Source: Eledone cirrhosa (taxonomy: Eukaryota). From it: a DNA stretch of 64,000 nt. The stretch's first letter is position 1. Every line of letters begins with the position of its first letter. Both the position numbers and the translations under genes were made by a program. Shown piece after piece: positions 28,458-41,402 of this stretch. The DNA lies in assembly GCA_964016885.1 (NCBI GenBank), contig OZ024743.1, positions 332,692,001 to 332,756,000 on the forward strand, in the 5' to 3' direction. The notes beneath the pieces are model-generated. The model did no database searches. It saw only the letters and a program-made list of their open reading frames with translations, and was not told the origin of the DNA.

Positions 28458-30623
28458 TCAACACCCTCTCGTTCCTAGTCTCCTTTGCTGTTTCTTTTTA
28501 AGAATAACTTTTGTGTAGCTCTAAAATATCATCAGGTGGCGTTTATACACCTATTGCAAAATACCTACAAACGTGGCTCATGTTTTCAATTCATGCTTTA
28601 GCAATCTTTTCCCTACAGAAAAATAAAGCTTCAGGGCTTTATATTCTCAATACATCACACAGCTTCACAGCCCACTCCACACACCACACAACCCTCTCTC
28701 TACACCACAGAGCCCTCTCCACATAGTGTTGCTGTTATACACAGACATCCTAGACACATTACAGTACTGTTCTCACATCTGAGACTGTGTTGTTGTTACA
28801 CATAGACATCCTAGATTACAGTACTGTTCTCACATCTGGGACAGAGCTGCTGCAGCTAAATAACTAGATGACTAGAAGTTATTTGCCAACACACTTCAAC
28901 CTCTCATCTAGACATCCTCTCTACTTGTTCTACCACTATTACAATGGGCTCTGATCTTCAGAATTGAATAATCTCATGTCACATTCACTCCTGGGGGCTG
29001 CACTAATGACTATGTACAGTCCTTCTTCCCTAGAACATCATCCATCTTGAATATCCCTCCCTGCTTATGTTTTTCCTGCAACCATATATTTGCAGCTATG
29101 AGAAGAGGAATTATGAACTGTAAAAGCAATAGATAGTCTTTTTCTTCAGATTTAATCAATAAAAAGAAAGCAGCATTGGAAAGGACTATAAATGCCATAA
29201 ATGTACTCACACATAGTCTCATACAGTGACTTTCATGCAGTCAGTCACACACACTCAAATTCAGACTCGTATACTCAGTCACACATACGCAGTCACACGC
29301 ATGCAGTCACACGCACTCTCACATACAGACACACACATGAGTATATATGTATGTATGTATAGGAAAATATGCTTTCTTCCATACACATACAATAAAATAA
29401 AATATCTATGAATTGCCATTTCAAATCAGTTAAAAATTTCACTTATTTCATGAATGTCGAAATAAGTGAGAAATTAGTGATTGTAGAAGAGTCAAATGGC
29501 TTTAAACAAAATTTTAAAATGTTGAGGGTAAAGGGCAAGACTATGAAATGTCATTCCTACAATATAATACTACCCCCAATTCAATGGTGTATTGCTCAAT
29601 ATTTTCTGAACTAAACTGGGATCCTCTTGTATCTTTGGGGTTCCTTTTGGTTTAGGCAGCCATTACTTTTAGTGCCAAGATTCTAGTTTAACCATAGGTT
29701 AGTTATGATTGAGCAAACCTATAATCAAAAGCATTCTAGTCGTACCCATCCTTATTTTTGTATGTTTATGGCTACAATATATTGTTTGCCTCCTTTAAGT
29801 AGGTGAGATTTGACTGCTCTTTCTAGAAGCTTGAGCCAACATGTAGCAGCTCCCTGGTTTGATTTATTTTGTACTAAAATTGACTTCAAATCGCATCAAT
29901 AATAAGGGTTAGTGATGATTCCTGTGGACTGTGCAGTACTTATTTAGCTCCAGATTAGCTAAGACTTGGGAGGGTCACACAATGTTTGATCATCCCATTT
30001 GCTTGAATCCAATGTACCCTTTTATTTGAAGTGGCGTATGAGTTGGCGATTTGATTATTTTTTTAACTTATATATAGTGCCAAAATATATTATATAAATA
30101 AAATCTCAACACAAATGCATGCTACCTAAGTTTGAAACCTTAGGTAGTATCCATTTGTGTAGATATTATTCATATATAATATATATATAATCATCACCAT
30201 CGTTTAACGTCCATCTTCCATGCTAGCATGGGTTAGACGGTTTTGTTCCATTTGATGCGGGGAATGGTCTGGAGACCATGTCTTGCTTGTACAGAAGTCT
30301 CTGGCAGGTTTTTTTACAACTGGATGCCCTTCCTTACACCAACCACATTTAGATACACACATACACACAAGAGGGTACTGAAAAGTTCCTGGCTTTGGGT
30401 AAAAGAAAATACAGCAGGATCAGTTAATGATTTTATTCACATATTCCCCTTTCAGATTCACATCCTACCTCCCCTGTAAAGGATACATTGTAAGAAATGC
30501 AAGATGAGACTGCTTTCTGTCACCCCTACAATCCAATGCTTTGTTTTCAGCCAATGTATTTGTATTTTTTCACTGAATTTGTTTTTCTCTTCTTCTAGAT
30601 CCATCTTTCTGCCAACTATCACA

Positions 30624-30839
30624 ATGAATTGCGGTTGGTTCTGGAGTGTCCTCTGGTTTATAATTTTAATCGTGTTTGGCCTACCAATAGGCCTTGTCTG
30701 TGCTATCCTCTTTGTCTTAATCAGTCCATGTGCAGCATGCTGTAATGGTTGTGTAGAGCTTATGAACTTGTTGGACAAAGGGCTCAAACTTCCACTGAAT
30801 TGTGCTCAAAACATGGTTATGGGGAAATCACCATGTTAA
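30624..30839 (+). CDS. 71-aa small Cys-rich hydrophobic (membrane hairpin) protein of unknown function
   Basis: MNCGWFWSVLWFIILIVFGLPIGLVCAILFVLISPCAACCNGCVELMNLLDKGLKLPLNCAQNMVMGKSPC. A strong acceptor (TTTTTCTCTTCTTCTAG, ending 30598) lies 25 nt upstream, the start context is ACAATG, and AATAAA follows at 30852-30857. From memory it resembles ~70-aa uncharacterised invertebrate proteins (WxxLWFxxL...P..C..NM..GK.C); not verified by search. Confidence 0.75.
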   Translation: MNCGWFWSVLWFIILIVFGLPIGLVCAILFVLISPCAACCNGCVELMNLLDKGLKLPLNCAQNMVMGKSPC

Positions 30840-31292
30840 AAAACCACAATCAATAAAATTCTGTCACCCGCTCCCTACCTACAGAACCAATTGCCGCCAT
30901 CGTAATTTGTATAAAAACAAAATTGAAATTTTTTAATTTTAGGTTTGTTTTTGTTTTTTGTTTGATTTTTTAACTTTCATTTTAAAAATAAAATTCTAAC
31001 ATGTTATTTCTGCTTAACTTTTTGTAAAGATTTTAATTCTCAACAGAGCTGCAGCTGTCTATGCTGAGAAAATCAAGCTGCACTCGGATGGTTCAAATCA
31101 ATATAATAAAGGAATGTTCCCTCCAGAAAAATGGGGACATGTAAATTAGATATTTAATTACATAGTAAACAACACAATATAATTATTCCATTACCAAAGG
31201 TTTCAGGAGACTAGACGATCCTTACAGAAACATCCAACTCGTTCATCAGATGAAAGTTATTTCATCTGATGAAATAGTTATTTCATCTGATG

Positions 31293-31480
31293 CCAGAAAA
31301 CCTGGGACGACTTGATAAATTCCGACCTCACAAACTTGCACCTCTCCAAGACAATGTCACTGGACTGAGATCTTTGGCGCTACACAGGCAAGGCGGATCT
31401 TCTGTATTACTAAGTACAAAGCGAAACCTACAGTCAGTAGGCACCTCTTAACCAAAATACACCCCTGTCCCACTACCCCA
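31293..31480 (+). mobile_element. Short 3' fragment of the RTE LINE family found at 34874-37870
   Basis: Matches the reverse complement of ~35210-35385 (…GATAAATTCCGACCT…AAGACAATGTCACTGGA…GTACAAAGCGAAACCTACAGTCAGTA). Confidence 0.8.
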
Positions 31481-33897
31481 CCCCATCCACACCACCCCTT
31501 TCGATGTAAAGCTATGTTGGTACCACAACATCCAGTCCGAAATAAATGGTCGTGTAGGTGTCATCAGCTCACCAAAGTTCACACATATTCTGTGGTATTT
31601 ACTGGTTTCCTACTCAGATGTATTTGCATTCCATGATCATGCTATAAAGTTCTGAAAACTAAAATAGCTTGGCAATTGTTGGCATAAATAATAGTTGGAA
31701 GGGTGGGTGATGAAAAGTTCATTTAGAAAAAAAAAAAAAGCTAATTTGTAAATGATTGTAACGATAATAGAACTAATCTTTTCAAGAATTGTTCTATTAT
31801 GCTGTCGACCCCCACCCCACACACACACACAGACACAGAGAGAGAGAGTTTGGTAATGAATGGAGGTGGGAAATATCCCGTGTCAATGGAAGGCAGTGAA
31901 AGTCGTCTTTGATGGTAAATAGTTTATTGAATTTAATTTGATTTTAAAATAGCATGCAGTGAAATTATGAGAATGACATTTAACAGTCTGTTGGTACCAT
32001 GTAACCTAGTATAACCTGCTTCATAATCTAGTGGTTGGTGACTAAACTGGTTCCTCCACCAGACCCTGGTCTAGTCAAGCCAGGCTTCTGTCTTCTACTG
32101 GTACCTTATACCCCACTACAACCTGCTTCATGGTCAAGTGCTTGGGGACTAAACCGGCTCTCCGTAAGACCCTGGTTTGGTTAGGAGGATAAGTGAAATC
32201 CCAGCAGCACAAAAAAACAACTGTTAAAAGAGCAGGTGAACTCCTCAGACCCAATGGACATTCACCTCAACTATTAAATAGCCTCACCAGCCTGCAATTG
32301 GCTAAGCTTGATGAGTAGTTACACACCTGACATAACCAAACAAAGTGGTAGAGGTCAAATAGGAGAGGTTCTGCCAACAGGTGTGAGAAGGCCCTGGATT
32401 GCATTGAAAAACCATGGTTGTTGTTAAGAACCCAGCATCTTCACAATTTTTTTAAAAAATATATTGCAGACTTTATCTAACACTGCAACAACTGGTGATG
32501 GGCCTGAAACCTGTCCTGGGAGGCATAAGATAGAAGCACAAGGGTTACATATCATGAGACTCCAAAGTGGGTTCAGAAGGGAGCAAACCTTGACAATTGG
32601 TGTTTAGTCAGGTAAAAAAGAGAAGCTACCCTCAAACTACATATCTGGCCTGAATGTTTGTAACTGAGAGAGCTCCACTTAAGGCCACACACAGGTGAGT
32701 TGTCTTAAATTGGGCAGCATTAAATCTACCACAAGCTACAGTAGGATTTGAACTCGGAACGTAAAGAACTGTAACAATTACTACAAAACATCTTGTCTGA
32801 TACTCTAACAATTCTGCTAATCCACCATCTTGGACTGCTACTATATTTTATTGACTCTCAAAAATAGATCTTGGTAGGATTTGAACTCGGAACAAATACC
32901 ACAAGGTATTTTGTCCAATGTTCTGCTCTAAAGACTGGCAATTCTCTACCTTCAAAGGCCAGCAATTTGAAGGGGAGGAGAAAGTCGATTAAATCAACCC
33001 GTGTGTTACTGGTACTTTATTTTTTGTTGGTCTTTCTAACGCTGATACTATCTGTCGATCATAACTCCTGGCGGGAGTTGATTGTCAGATCGGACGAGGA
33101 GAAACAATATTTTTATTGCTGATATAATTTGTCAGTCAAAAACATGTGAAGCCTTAAAATAATTCTCAAGGAGATTTACCATGATACTGCATGACATGGC
33201 TGTCCATTTGAGTTACAGGTACAACTTATTTTGCCACTTGGCCAGATGCCTAGCAGTACAAATATCTGATTAATACTGGACTTCCAACAGACTTCAGAAT
33301 CGGATCTTTGTTGCAGCTAGTAAATTGAAGACATATGAAAATGATTTACTACACACTATGTAGATTAAATTAGTGAATTCCTTGTTAATACAAAAGAAAT
33401 TGGAATTATTCTCAAGTGAACTGACCCCAAAAATGGACTAAATTGTTCTATTATAAAAATAAGACCAGATTTACCATCAACACTTTTTATTAATTCATAT
33501 TAGTGAAGGCACATGGTTTAGTGGTTAGGGAATTGGATTTGCAATCATGGGGTTGTGAATTCAATTCCTGGACTGCGTGATGCATTATCTTTGAGCAAGA
33601 CATTTTATTTCATGTTGCTCTTTCTGCCAGGAGTTATAACAGGTAGATAGTATCGGCAATGGAAACATTGTTTCCTTGGTCCAATTTGATGAGTTCCACC
33701 CCACTTGGAATCTTGTCAATCAATCGATTAAATAATAGATTAGTTAACAGAAATTAACGAGCTTTAATGAGTGTTGTTATATGGTTGTTTACTGTCTGTA
33801 TCAGATTAGTGTTATATTGTTACTTGTGTAAAGGTGCAGGGCTGAGTGGTTACGGCATTTCATTTCATGATTGTACAGTCATGAGTTCAATTCCTAG

Positions 33898-34237
33898 AGG
33901 CATGGCTTAGTGGTTAGAGAATTGCAATCGAAAGGTTGGGAGTTCAATTCTCGGACCGGGTGATGTGTTGTTTTCTTGAGCAAGACACTTTATTTCACAT
34001 TACTCCAGTTTACTCAGCTGTAGAAATGAGATGATAGGACTGGAGTCTCTATCATTCCACTGTAAAGTGGACGTGTAGGTGCCACGGAAAAAGCACTCAC
34101 TGTAAAGGAGGTTGGTGTTGGGAAGGGCATCCAGCTGTAGAAATCAAGCCAGAATCAGTTCTCGTATGAGCAAGACAAGGTCAGGTCAACCCGTCTAACC
34201 CATGCTAGCGTGGAAGAACAGACGTAAAACAGTGATG
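33898..34237 (+). mobile_element. tRNA-headed SINE with RTE-derived 3' tail
   Basis: A-box-like TGGCTTAGTGG, B-box-like GTTCAATTC, central TTGAGCAAGACACTTTATTTCAC…CTGTAGAAATGAG, tail CCCGTCTAACCCATGCTAGCGTGGAA. Very similar to 46622-46940 and 60353-60747. Confidence 0.75.
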
Positions 34238-34790
34238 TGTCCTAGAGCCAAATCGAAAGTCTTCTCACTCTTGTTGGAGGAACCCCAGCCTTGTTGACCT
34301 CCACAGTGTCCTATCTCTGGCTATACTGGGCCATGAGGGGGCCTAGGTATTGAGTCAGATCATCACACCATCTTGCCTTTGGCCGCCCTCTAGTTCTCTA
34401 CTGACTTGGAGTCCACCATAATAATGTCTTTAATACTAGACTGTAATTTGGGGCTTTGGGGATTAGTTCCACAAAAACCTCTGCCTGGATTTTGGTTTCT
34501 GATATGAATTCCATCAACTCACTGTTGGTTTTGTCAACATTAGTTAACTGGGTGTGTGGTTGTTGTGGGTATATGGTTGTTATGCATGTGTATTAGTTGT
34601 GCAGCATTTCAAACCTAGGTCTGAACATAGCCGATTTCTTCGAGACAAGGAGAGCAAGAGATGTAGAGGAAGAATCAACCCCTGGACAGGTATTTTATGA
34701 ACCTCAAAAGGATGAAAGGCAAAGTTGACTTCAACAGGATTTGAACTCTGTGAGCTGGAACAAATACCACAAAGCATTCTATTCAACACC

Positions 34791-37700
34791 TTAACCCTTT
34801 AGCATTTAAACCGGCCATATCTGGCCTGAATTCTCTCACTTCTTTCTGTTCACACTGGCTGTAACTTGCTACTCATCTTCGTTTAACGTCCACTTTCTAC
34901 GCTAGCATGGGTTAGACGGGAGTTGTCCGACTTGAGGCAAGGTTTGGTTGGGAAACCGTGTCTCGCTCATATAGGACTATCTGGCAGGTTTTCTACGGCT
35001 GGATGCCCTTCCTAACACCAACCACATTTACAGTGTGGAACTGGGAACTTTTTACCGTGTTACCTACACAGCCACATTACAGCGTGGACTGTGTTTTTTC
35101 TCGTGACACCGACACGATCTCGATCTCATTTATTTGGACTGGGTGTTGTGGTACCAACTTTATATAGAGAGGGTGGTGTTAGTGGGAGGATAGGGTAGGG
35201 GTAGTGGATTGGGGTGTATATTTGGTTAAGAGGTGCATACTGACTGTAGGTTTCGCTTTGTACATAGGCAAGGCGGGTCTTCTGTATTACTGCGTAGCGC
35301 CAAAGATCTCGGTCCAGTGACATTGTCTTAGAGAGGTGCAAGTGTGTAAGGTCGGAATTTATCAGATCGCCCCAGGTTTTTCTGGGTCTACCTACTCCGT
35401 AACTACCATCAATTTTGATCGCCCTGCACTTTTTTATACAGCTGTCGTCTTTCATGCGCATCACGTGACCATACCAACGTAGTCTTCTCTCGAGTAAACA
35501 GCATCTGATCCCTCTTATTCCTAATTTCTCTTAGTTCACGTATATTAGTATTACACATCCAATGGAGCATGCATGCTTCGTTCCTTTCCAGTCTACGCAG
35601 GTCCTCTGCACGCAATGCCCATGTCTCACTGCCATGTAGCATTGTTGTTCGTATACAAGCATCATACAATCTGCCTTTCATTTTTAGAGAGAAACCTATT
35701 GTGGCCAACAGCGTTATAAGTTCTCTGAACTTTTTCCATCCCGTTCTGACTCTGGCTACTGTACTTTCAGAACACCCTCCACCACTGCTGATTTTGTCAC
35801 CCAGGTAAAGGAAAGTGTCTACTATTTCTATAGAACCATCTGGGCAATAGAAGGGGCTAGTATCCTATGGACACTTGCTACCTATTGCACCTGAGCATCG
35901 GCCACATATAAAGTCTACATTCTTAGATAGTTTACCTGTGATCCCACTACATCTTTTATGTACCCATACTTTGCATTTGGGACATAAAATTGAATTTCTG
36001 CCTACTCCTTTCCTACACACTGAGCAAGGCCATTTCCCTGAGGGTACCTGTGCCTTATTTTCCTTTCTACAAACTAGGACTTTAGTCTTAGACAAGTTAA
36101 CTTTAAGGCCATGCTTCCATGTTTGGAATTTCTTTTCTAGTTCAGCCATTGATTCAGCTACGAGTGTTAGATCATCTGCGTATAGGAGTTCCCATGGGCA
36201 GCCGGTCTTGAACTCCTGTTATAGCCTGAATGGCAATAATAAATAGGAGGAGGCTAAGGACAGAGCCTTGGTGAACACCAACTTTTACACTAAATTCTTC
36301 ACAATATTCATTGTTAATTCTAACCTTACTGACTGTTTCATTATACATAGCTTGTATAGCTCTCACAAGCCATTCATCTACATCTAGTTTTCTAAGAGCC
36401 CACCAGATAATGGAGCGGGAGACTGTGTCAAAGGCTTTTTCCAGGTCTACAAAAGCTAAGTAGAGGGGTTTACTTTTAGCTAGATACTTCTCTTGTAGTT
36501 GTCGTACAAGGAAATGAGCATCTGTGGTACTTTTACCTGACACAAACCCAAACTGCATTTCATCTAGATCAATTCACTCTCTGATTAGTTGCGCTATAAC
36601 TCTTTCTGTGACCTTCATGACCTGATCAACTCACTTAATGCCTCTATCTAGAGCATCTCCTTTACCCTTGTAGCAGTTAATGATGATGCTGCTACGCCAA
36701 TCTTTTGGTATGACCCCATTCTGTATTACTTGGTTAACTATACGGGTGACCATAGTATGTCCCACCATTCCAGATGCTTTCAGCATCTCAGCAACTATCT
36801 CTGAAGGCCCAGCTGCCTTCATATCTTTGATTTCCTTACTTATTATACTACCTTTAACTTGCACCGCTGGTCCTTCTATTGGATCGATTTGGGGCAGACT
36901 ATCTTTTTCCCACTTATTCTCTTCATTTAATAGTCTCTTGTAGTGACACTTCCAGGCTATCTTCTTATCAGTATCAGTGAGGGCAAGTACACCGTTATCA
37001 TTACGGACACACTTCTCCCCAACAATATCACGGTTTTCCTTGACACAGTCTAGCAATCCTGAACACCTCACGTTGTAGAACATGCTTGAACTTTCTTTCC
37101 TCTGCTACCCTTTTTGCAAGGTACACTTGTCTCCTAGCTTCTGTCCTGGTCACTTGATAGTGCTCTCTACTTCCCCCATCCTGCCATACTTTCCAAGCCT
37201 TAATTGTCTCTTCTACCTTACTGTTCCACCACCAAGTTACTCTCCTCCTGCCAATAGGTCTGCTCCAGCCACAGATTTCATCCGCAGCTTTCAGCAGGTT
37301 CACTTTCAAGAATTGCCACTGTTCCTCTATATCGCACATCTCTAATTGCTCTTCCTTATTGTCAAAGGCATCAAGTAATAAGCTTTTAAATTTTTCACTG
37401 GCTATGGGGTCCTTCAACTTCCATATTCTTCTCCTCAAGGTAGGCCTCCCCTGTCGTCGAGTACGTCTATTCCTGACTGTGAGGTCACTAACTACTAAGC
37501 TATGTTGGGAGGTGCATTCTTCACGGGGAAGGAATTTAGTGTTTACAACAGACCCTTTGTCCCGTCTTCTAGTAAGGATATAATCTATCTGGCTGGCGTG
37601 TTCCCCTGATCTATAGGTGATCAAGTGGTTTTCACGTTTTTTGAAGTGTGTTACAGATAGTTAGGTTATTGGCGTCACAGAATTCCAGGATTCTGAAGCC

Positions 37701-37988
37701 TTCCTCATTTCTATTTCCAAACCCATAGCCTCCATGGATTCCATCATAGCCATCACTATGTTGTCCAACGTGGCCGTTTAGATCGCCAGCAATAATTAGG
37801 TAGTCGCTGTCGGTTATTTGGGAGGTAGTGTGCATTAGCGTCTCATAGAACTTGTCCTTTATAACGTCGTTAAGGTATTGTTCTCAAAATCTCATAGATT
37901 CAATATTGTGAGATAATCATGTAAGATAAAGCCTTTACCACAAAAATATAATAGTAAATATAGAGTAATGTAAATGCTAAAGGGTTAA
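34791..37988 (+). mobile_element. piggyBac-type (TTAA-CCC…GGG-TTAA) MITE split in two by a LINE insertion
   Basis: The left half (34791-~34876, TTAACCCTTTAGCATTTA…) and right half (~37869-37988, …TAAATGCTAAAGGGTTAA) together rebuild the intact ~200-bp copies at 43687, 44493 and 63691. Confidence 0.85.
34874..37870 (-). mobile_element. 5'-truncated, frameshifted RTE-clade LINE (APE endonuclease + reverse transcriptase + PHD finger)
   Basis: APE motifs LIIAGDLNGHVG, GFGNRNEEGFRILEFC and SQIDYIL. RT motifs QFGF…STTDA, YLAFVDLEKAFD, GVHQGSVLS and LYADD (~36175-36190). C-terminal GRPRKTW. The 3' UTR ends in a GAT-type tail at 34874. The coding region is split across at least 7 ORF fragments. Confidence 0.95.
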
Positions 37989-38689
37989 TGGGAAGCAGAT
38001 AATTAAAGCAAAAAAAGTGAGTAGCTGAGACAAGGTAAAAAGACAATAGAAACAGGTGATGGATGGCAAAGAGAAAAGGGCAGATGGGAGGGTGGGGTAA
38101 GACTGGATGGTTATTAGGTCATAGAATTGACTGCAGCAGAGTGAAGTAAAAACAACATAGGAATTTCAAAGCAGTTGAAGTTTGGTAAAAGTCATAAAAT
38201 TGGATGAGTCAAGTGTAATAAAGTAATAGCAATCATCATTTTACATCTGCTTTCCACATTGGCATAGGCTTGACAGGTCTGAACATATTTTGCCCAGGTG
38301 TTCCATATTTGGCTGGATGCTCTTTCTAATGCTAACCCCTATACGGAGTGTACTGGGTGTAGTTTCTACATGGCATCACCACCACTACTTTACAGAGTGT
38401 GTTTTATCAAGGCACCAGCACTAGAGGTTGTTACATGCTACACCAGACTGGAGAGTCCTCTTAAGCAAAAGTATGTCTTTTGTGACACCAGTACAGGTGT
38501 ATCTCTCAAGGCACTAACACTAGAGAGGTTGTCTCTGTGTGATGGCCAACACTAGCTTCCGGTCTCATTACATTTACATTTTGTACTTTTGCATATTATG
38601 GACATTCGTAGGGCAGCAAGAAGCTGACCATCAATCCCATACTCCTGCATAACCTTCCACAGTCTCGAGGAACGCGGGCATATACCTTT

Positions 38690-38935
38690 TCGAGGCATAG
38701 CTTGGAGATCAGAGTCACCCCAGGTTGAGCTTCACTTCTCCAAATTGAGAGATCACAGCTCCGATACTATGGATATGTGGTTAGAATGTCTCAGGAAAGA
38801 ATCGCTGGACATATTTTACAGGCAAAACCAACCAACAGGGGTAGACCCCAAACAAGATGATTGGATAACATCTATGATCTCAGCTGGTCTCACTTGGGGA
38901 TCCAGCCAAATCAATTGGAGACTGTTGCTTCTGAT
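38690..38935 (+). mobile_element. Degenerate RTE-like LINE C-terminal fragment (second family)
   Basis: Translates as IERSQLRYYGYVVRMSQERI…GRP. A related reverse fragment lies at ~43590-43686. Confidence 0.55.
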
Positions 38936-40739
38936 AAGATCCACTAGAAACAAAAAAAAAAAACAACCTTCTGAGATATCTGTTGAGTCCTTGTCTTGTA
39001 ATTTAAACAGCCAATCATACTTCATATTTTACAGTTTTCCTATCTCTAGCGTAAAATTTGACTATTTAGTAGCTTTTAATTAAAGCTATATGATATATTA
39101 CTGGTTTTAAAATCCCAAAAGTGCACTGAGACAGAGAGGTTCTTTTTTTCTCCTGGAATGAATATATTTACTGGGTTGCACCTCATTTTGAAATTTTAAC
39201 TGTGGCCAATTTAAGTATTGGTAGAATTAGCTTTGATAATTTTACATTGACAGGCAATGTTTTTAGTTAAACAGAATTTAGTAGACATGAAGAAGGTTGA
39301 GTGTCATTACAGTTGATAGTAGGGGCAGTGTAGAGAGATTAGAGAATGTGTTAAGTGTAGAGATTGGAGGAAGTGATAGATTGGTCGAGATTGGAGGGAT
39401 TTTTTATATTGCACTCTTAACAGGAATGCTTGTTGTTGTTTGTATTGTCTTATTAAATATCAATATTTATTTAAAGGAGGAAGTCTTTTTGCTTACAACC
39501 TAAGAAACAAACCCGGGAAAACTGGAGGAAAAGAGATAACAAAGAATATCAAGTAGCTTGAATAGAAGTTAGCCATCAAGTATACCTAGCAAGAAAGTAA
39601 GAAGTCTGTACATGTCCTGTACTCTTGGATCTTGCATAATTGTCGCCCCTTGCCGCATATTCATTTTTCAGATTTTTTTTCCAATATGCAAACTAAATGA
39701 CATTGTTTTTTTTTTAAATCAATGGAGATAACCTAGAAAAATTACTGATCCCCCCCCCCATTAATGGCTTGAAGAGCATCAGCAGTATATAACACACTAA
39801 ATATAAGTATAGGTTGGCATCACGTTCAATGACCAGGTCCTGCTCATATATTCCAGTTTGGGATGATTTCTATGAATCAGGTCATTTTACTGTGTATACT
39901 GTACTGAGTGCACTTTATCATGGCACCGGCATTATCATTCTACAGCAAGGAGTAGGTGTAAGTTATTGTATCATTGGCACTATCACTTTACAGTGTGGTG
40001 TGGTGTCGGTAGATTTTATCATGACACCAGCAAGGGCTGGATGTATGTTATAGTGCCGTCGGCACTACCACTTTATAGTGTGGTGTAGGTGGATTTCATC
40101 ATAGCACCGGCATTTCCATTTTACAGCAAGCACCGGGTGTTGTTGGCATAACTTTACAAGTGTGGTTTGGGTACATTTTATGGAGTCACCAGCACTACCA
40201 CATCATACAATATATTACTGTAGTATTACTATATAGTGAATATAGTAATACTATACAAACTGAAATGACATGAGGTATATTATTGCTGTAACAAACATAA
40301 GTGGCAGCATTTACATTAGGAAGGGCATCTAGCTGTAGAAAGCATGCCAAACCAGAATTTATGAACAAGACATCCAACCTGGCTAGTTTCAGAATGTTAC
40401 AACCCATGCCAGCTTTGAAAATAGATGTAGAATGATGCTGGTGATGATGATTTAATGCAGTATTTAAATATATAAAATAAAAAAAATTAAAACAAACAAA
40501 ATAGAAAGAAATAGAATTTATATGAAGCAAAAAACAAAAAAACATTAAAAAAAAAAGTTTTTTTTACACTTTAAAAAAAAGTTGAAGCCTCCTGTCCCAA
40601 GCCAGGAGGCTCATCAGGCTGATGCTTATCTCAGTTTCACTAGTGTTAAGTGACAGAGTACAGGACTCCCAACACCCTAACCATTTTGAATAACAAATTA
40701 TTTTCATTTAGAGTTGTCACAATATTAACAAAGGCACGA

Positions 40740-41022
40740 CAAAAAGCACTCAGTCGACCTCTGTAAAGTGGTTGTGTTGGTGTCACGTAAAAAGCACCCA
40801 TTCCACCCTGTAAGGTGGTCATGCTGGTGCCATGATAAAAAGTACCTGCTCCACGCTGTTAGATGGTCAAGCTGGTGCCATGATAAAAAGCCCCTGGTCA
40901 CCCCTGTAAGGTGGTCGTGCCGGTGCCATAACGAAAAGCAACCAGTCCACCCTGTATGGTGGTGGTGCTGGTGCCACAACGAAAAGCACCTAGTTCACCT
41001 TGTTAGGTGGTGGTGCTGGTTC
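40740..41022. repeat. Degenerate ~48-bp tandem repeat derived from the LINE/SINE 3'-UTR unit
   Basis: AAAAAGCACCCATTCCACCCTGTAAGGTGGTCATGCTGGTGCCATGAT-like units x6; reverse complement of the unit at 45075-45530. Confidence 0.7.
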
Positions 41023-41025
41023 TGA

Positions 41026-41236
41026 GAAAATGTTGAAGACGAACCTCGTTCTGAAAGGCCCATCTCATCAACAAAATGTGGTGCGACCAGTGATGGCGAA
41101 AGATCGCGATTAAGTGTTAGGATGATTGCAGAAGAAAAGGGCTGAGATAAAAAAGTAGTTCACAGAATTTTAACAGACCATTCGCACAAAGTTTGTGCAA
41201 AACTAGAGCCCAAACACTTGTCTCTGGAGCAAAAAG
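41026..41236 (+). mobile_element. Mariner transposase remnant
   Basis: Fragments ENVEDEPRSERP, LSVRMIAEE and VCAKLEPKHLSLEQK resemble the mariner N-terminal region and the WVP-L linker. It contains stops and frameshifts. Confidence 0.55.
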
Positions 41237-41402
41237 TGAACATGTGTATGTGTACCATATTTGGAATATGGTCCACTGTATCACTGCAAGTAATAAAAAG
41301 CAACTAAAAGTGTTGATATCAGGCAGATCATCCAGCAGCATGTACAGCCACAAAAAGCCCCGTCCAATTCATACTAACATGGAAAAGTCCCTGTAAAAAT
41401 AA

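Noticed and set aside
30504-30623. N-terminal extension of the 111-aa ORF
   Set aside because: It reads through a polypyrimidine tract and acceptor; the ATG at 30624 is the more plausible start.
33507-33960. tRNA genes
   Set aside because: The A/B-box heads run into SINE bodies and no complete cloverleaf is evident.
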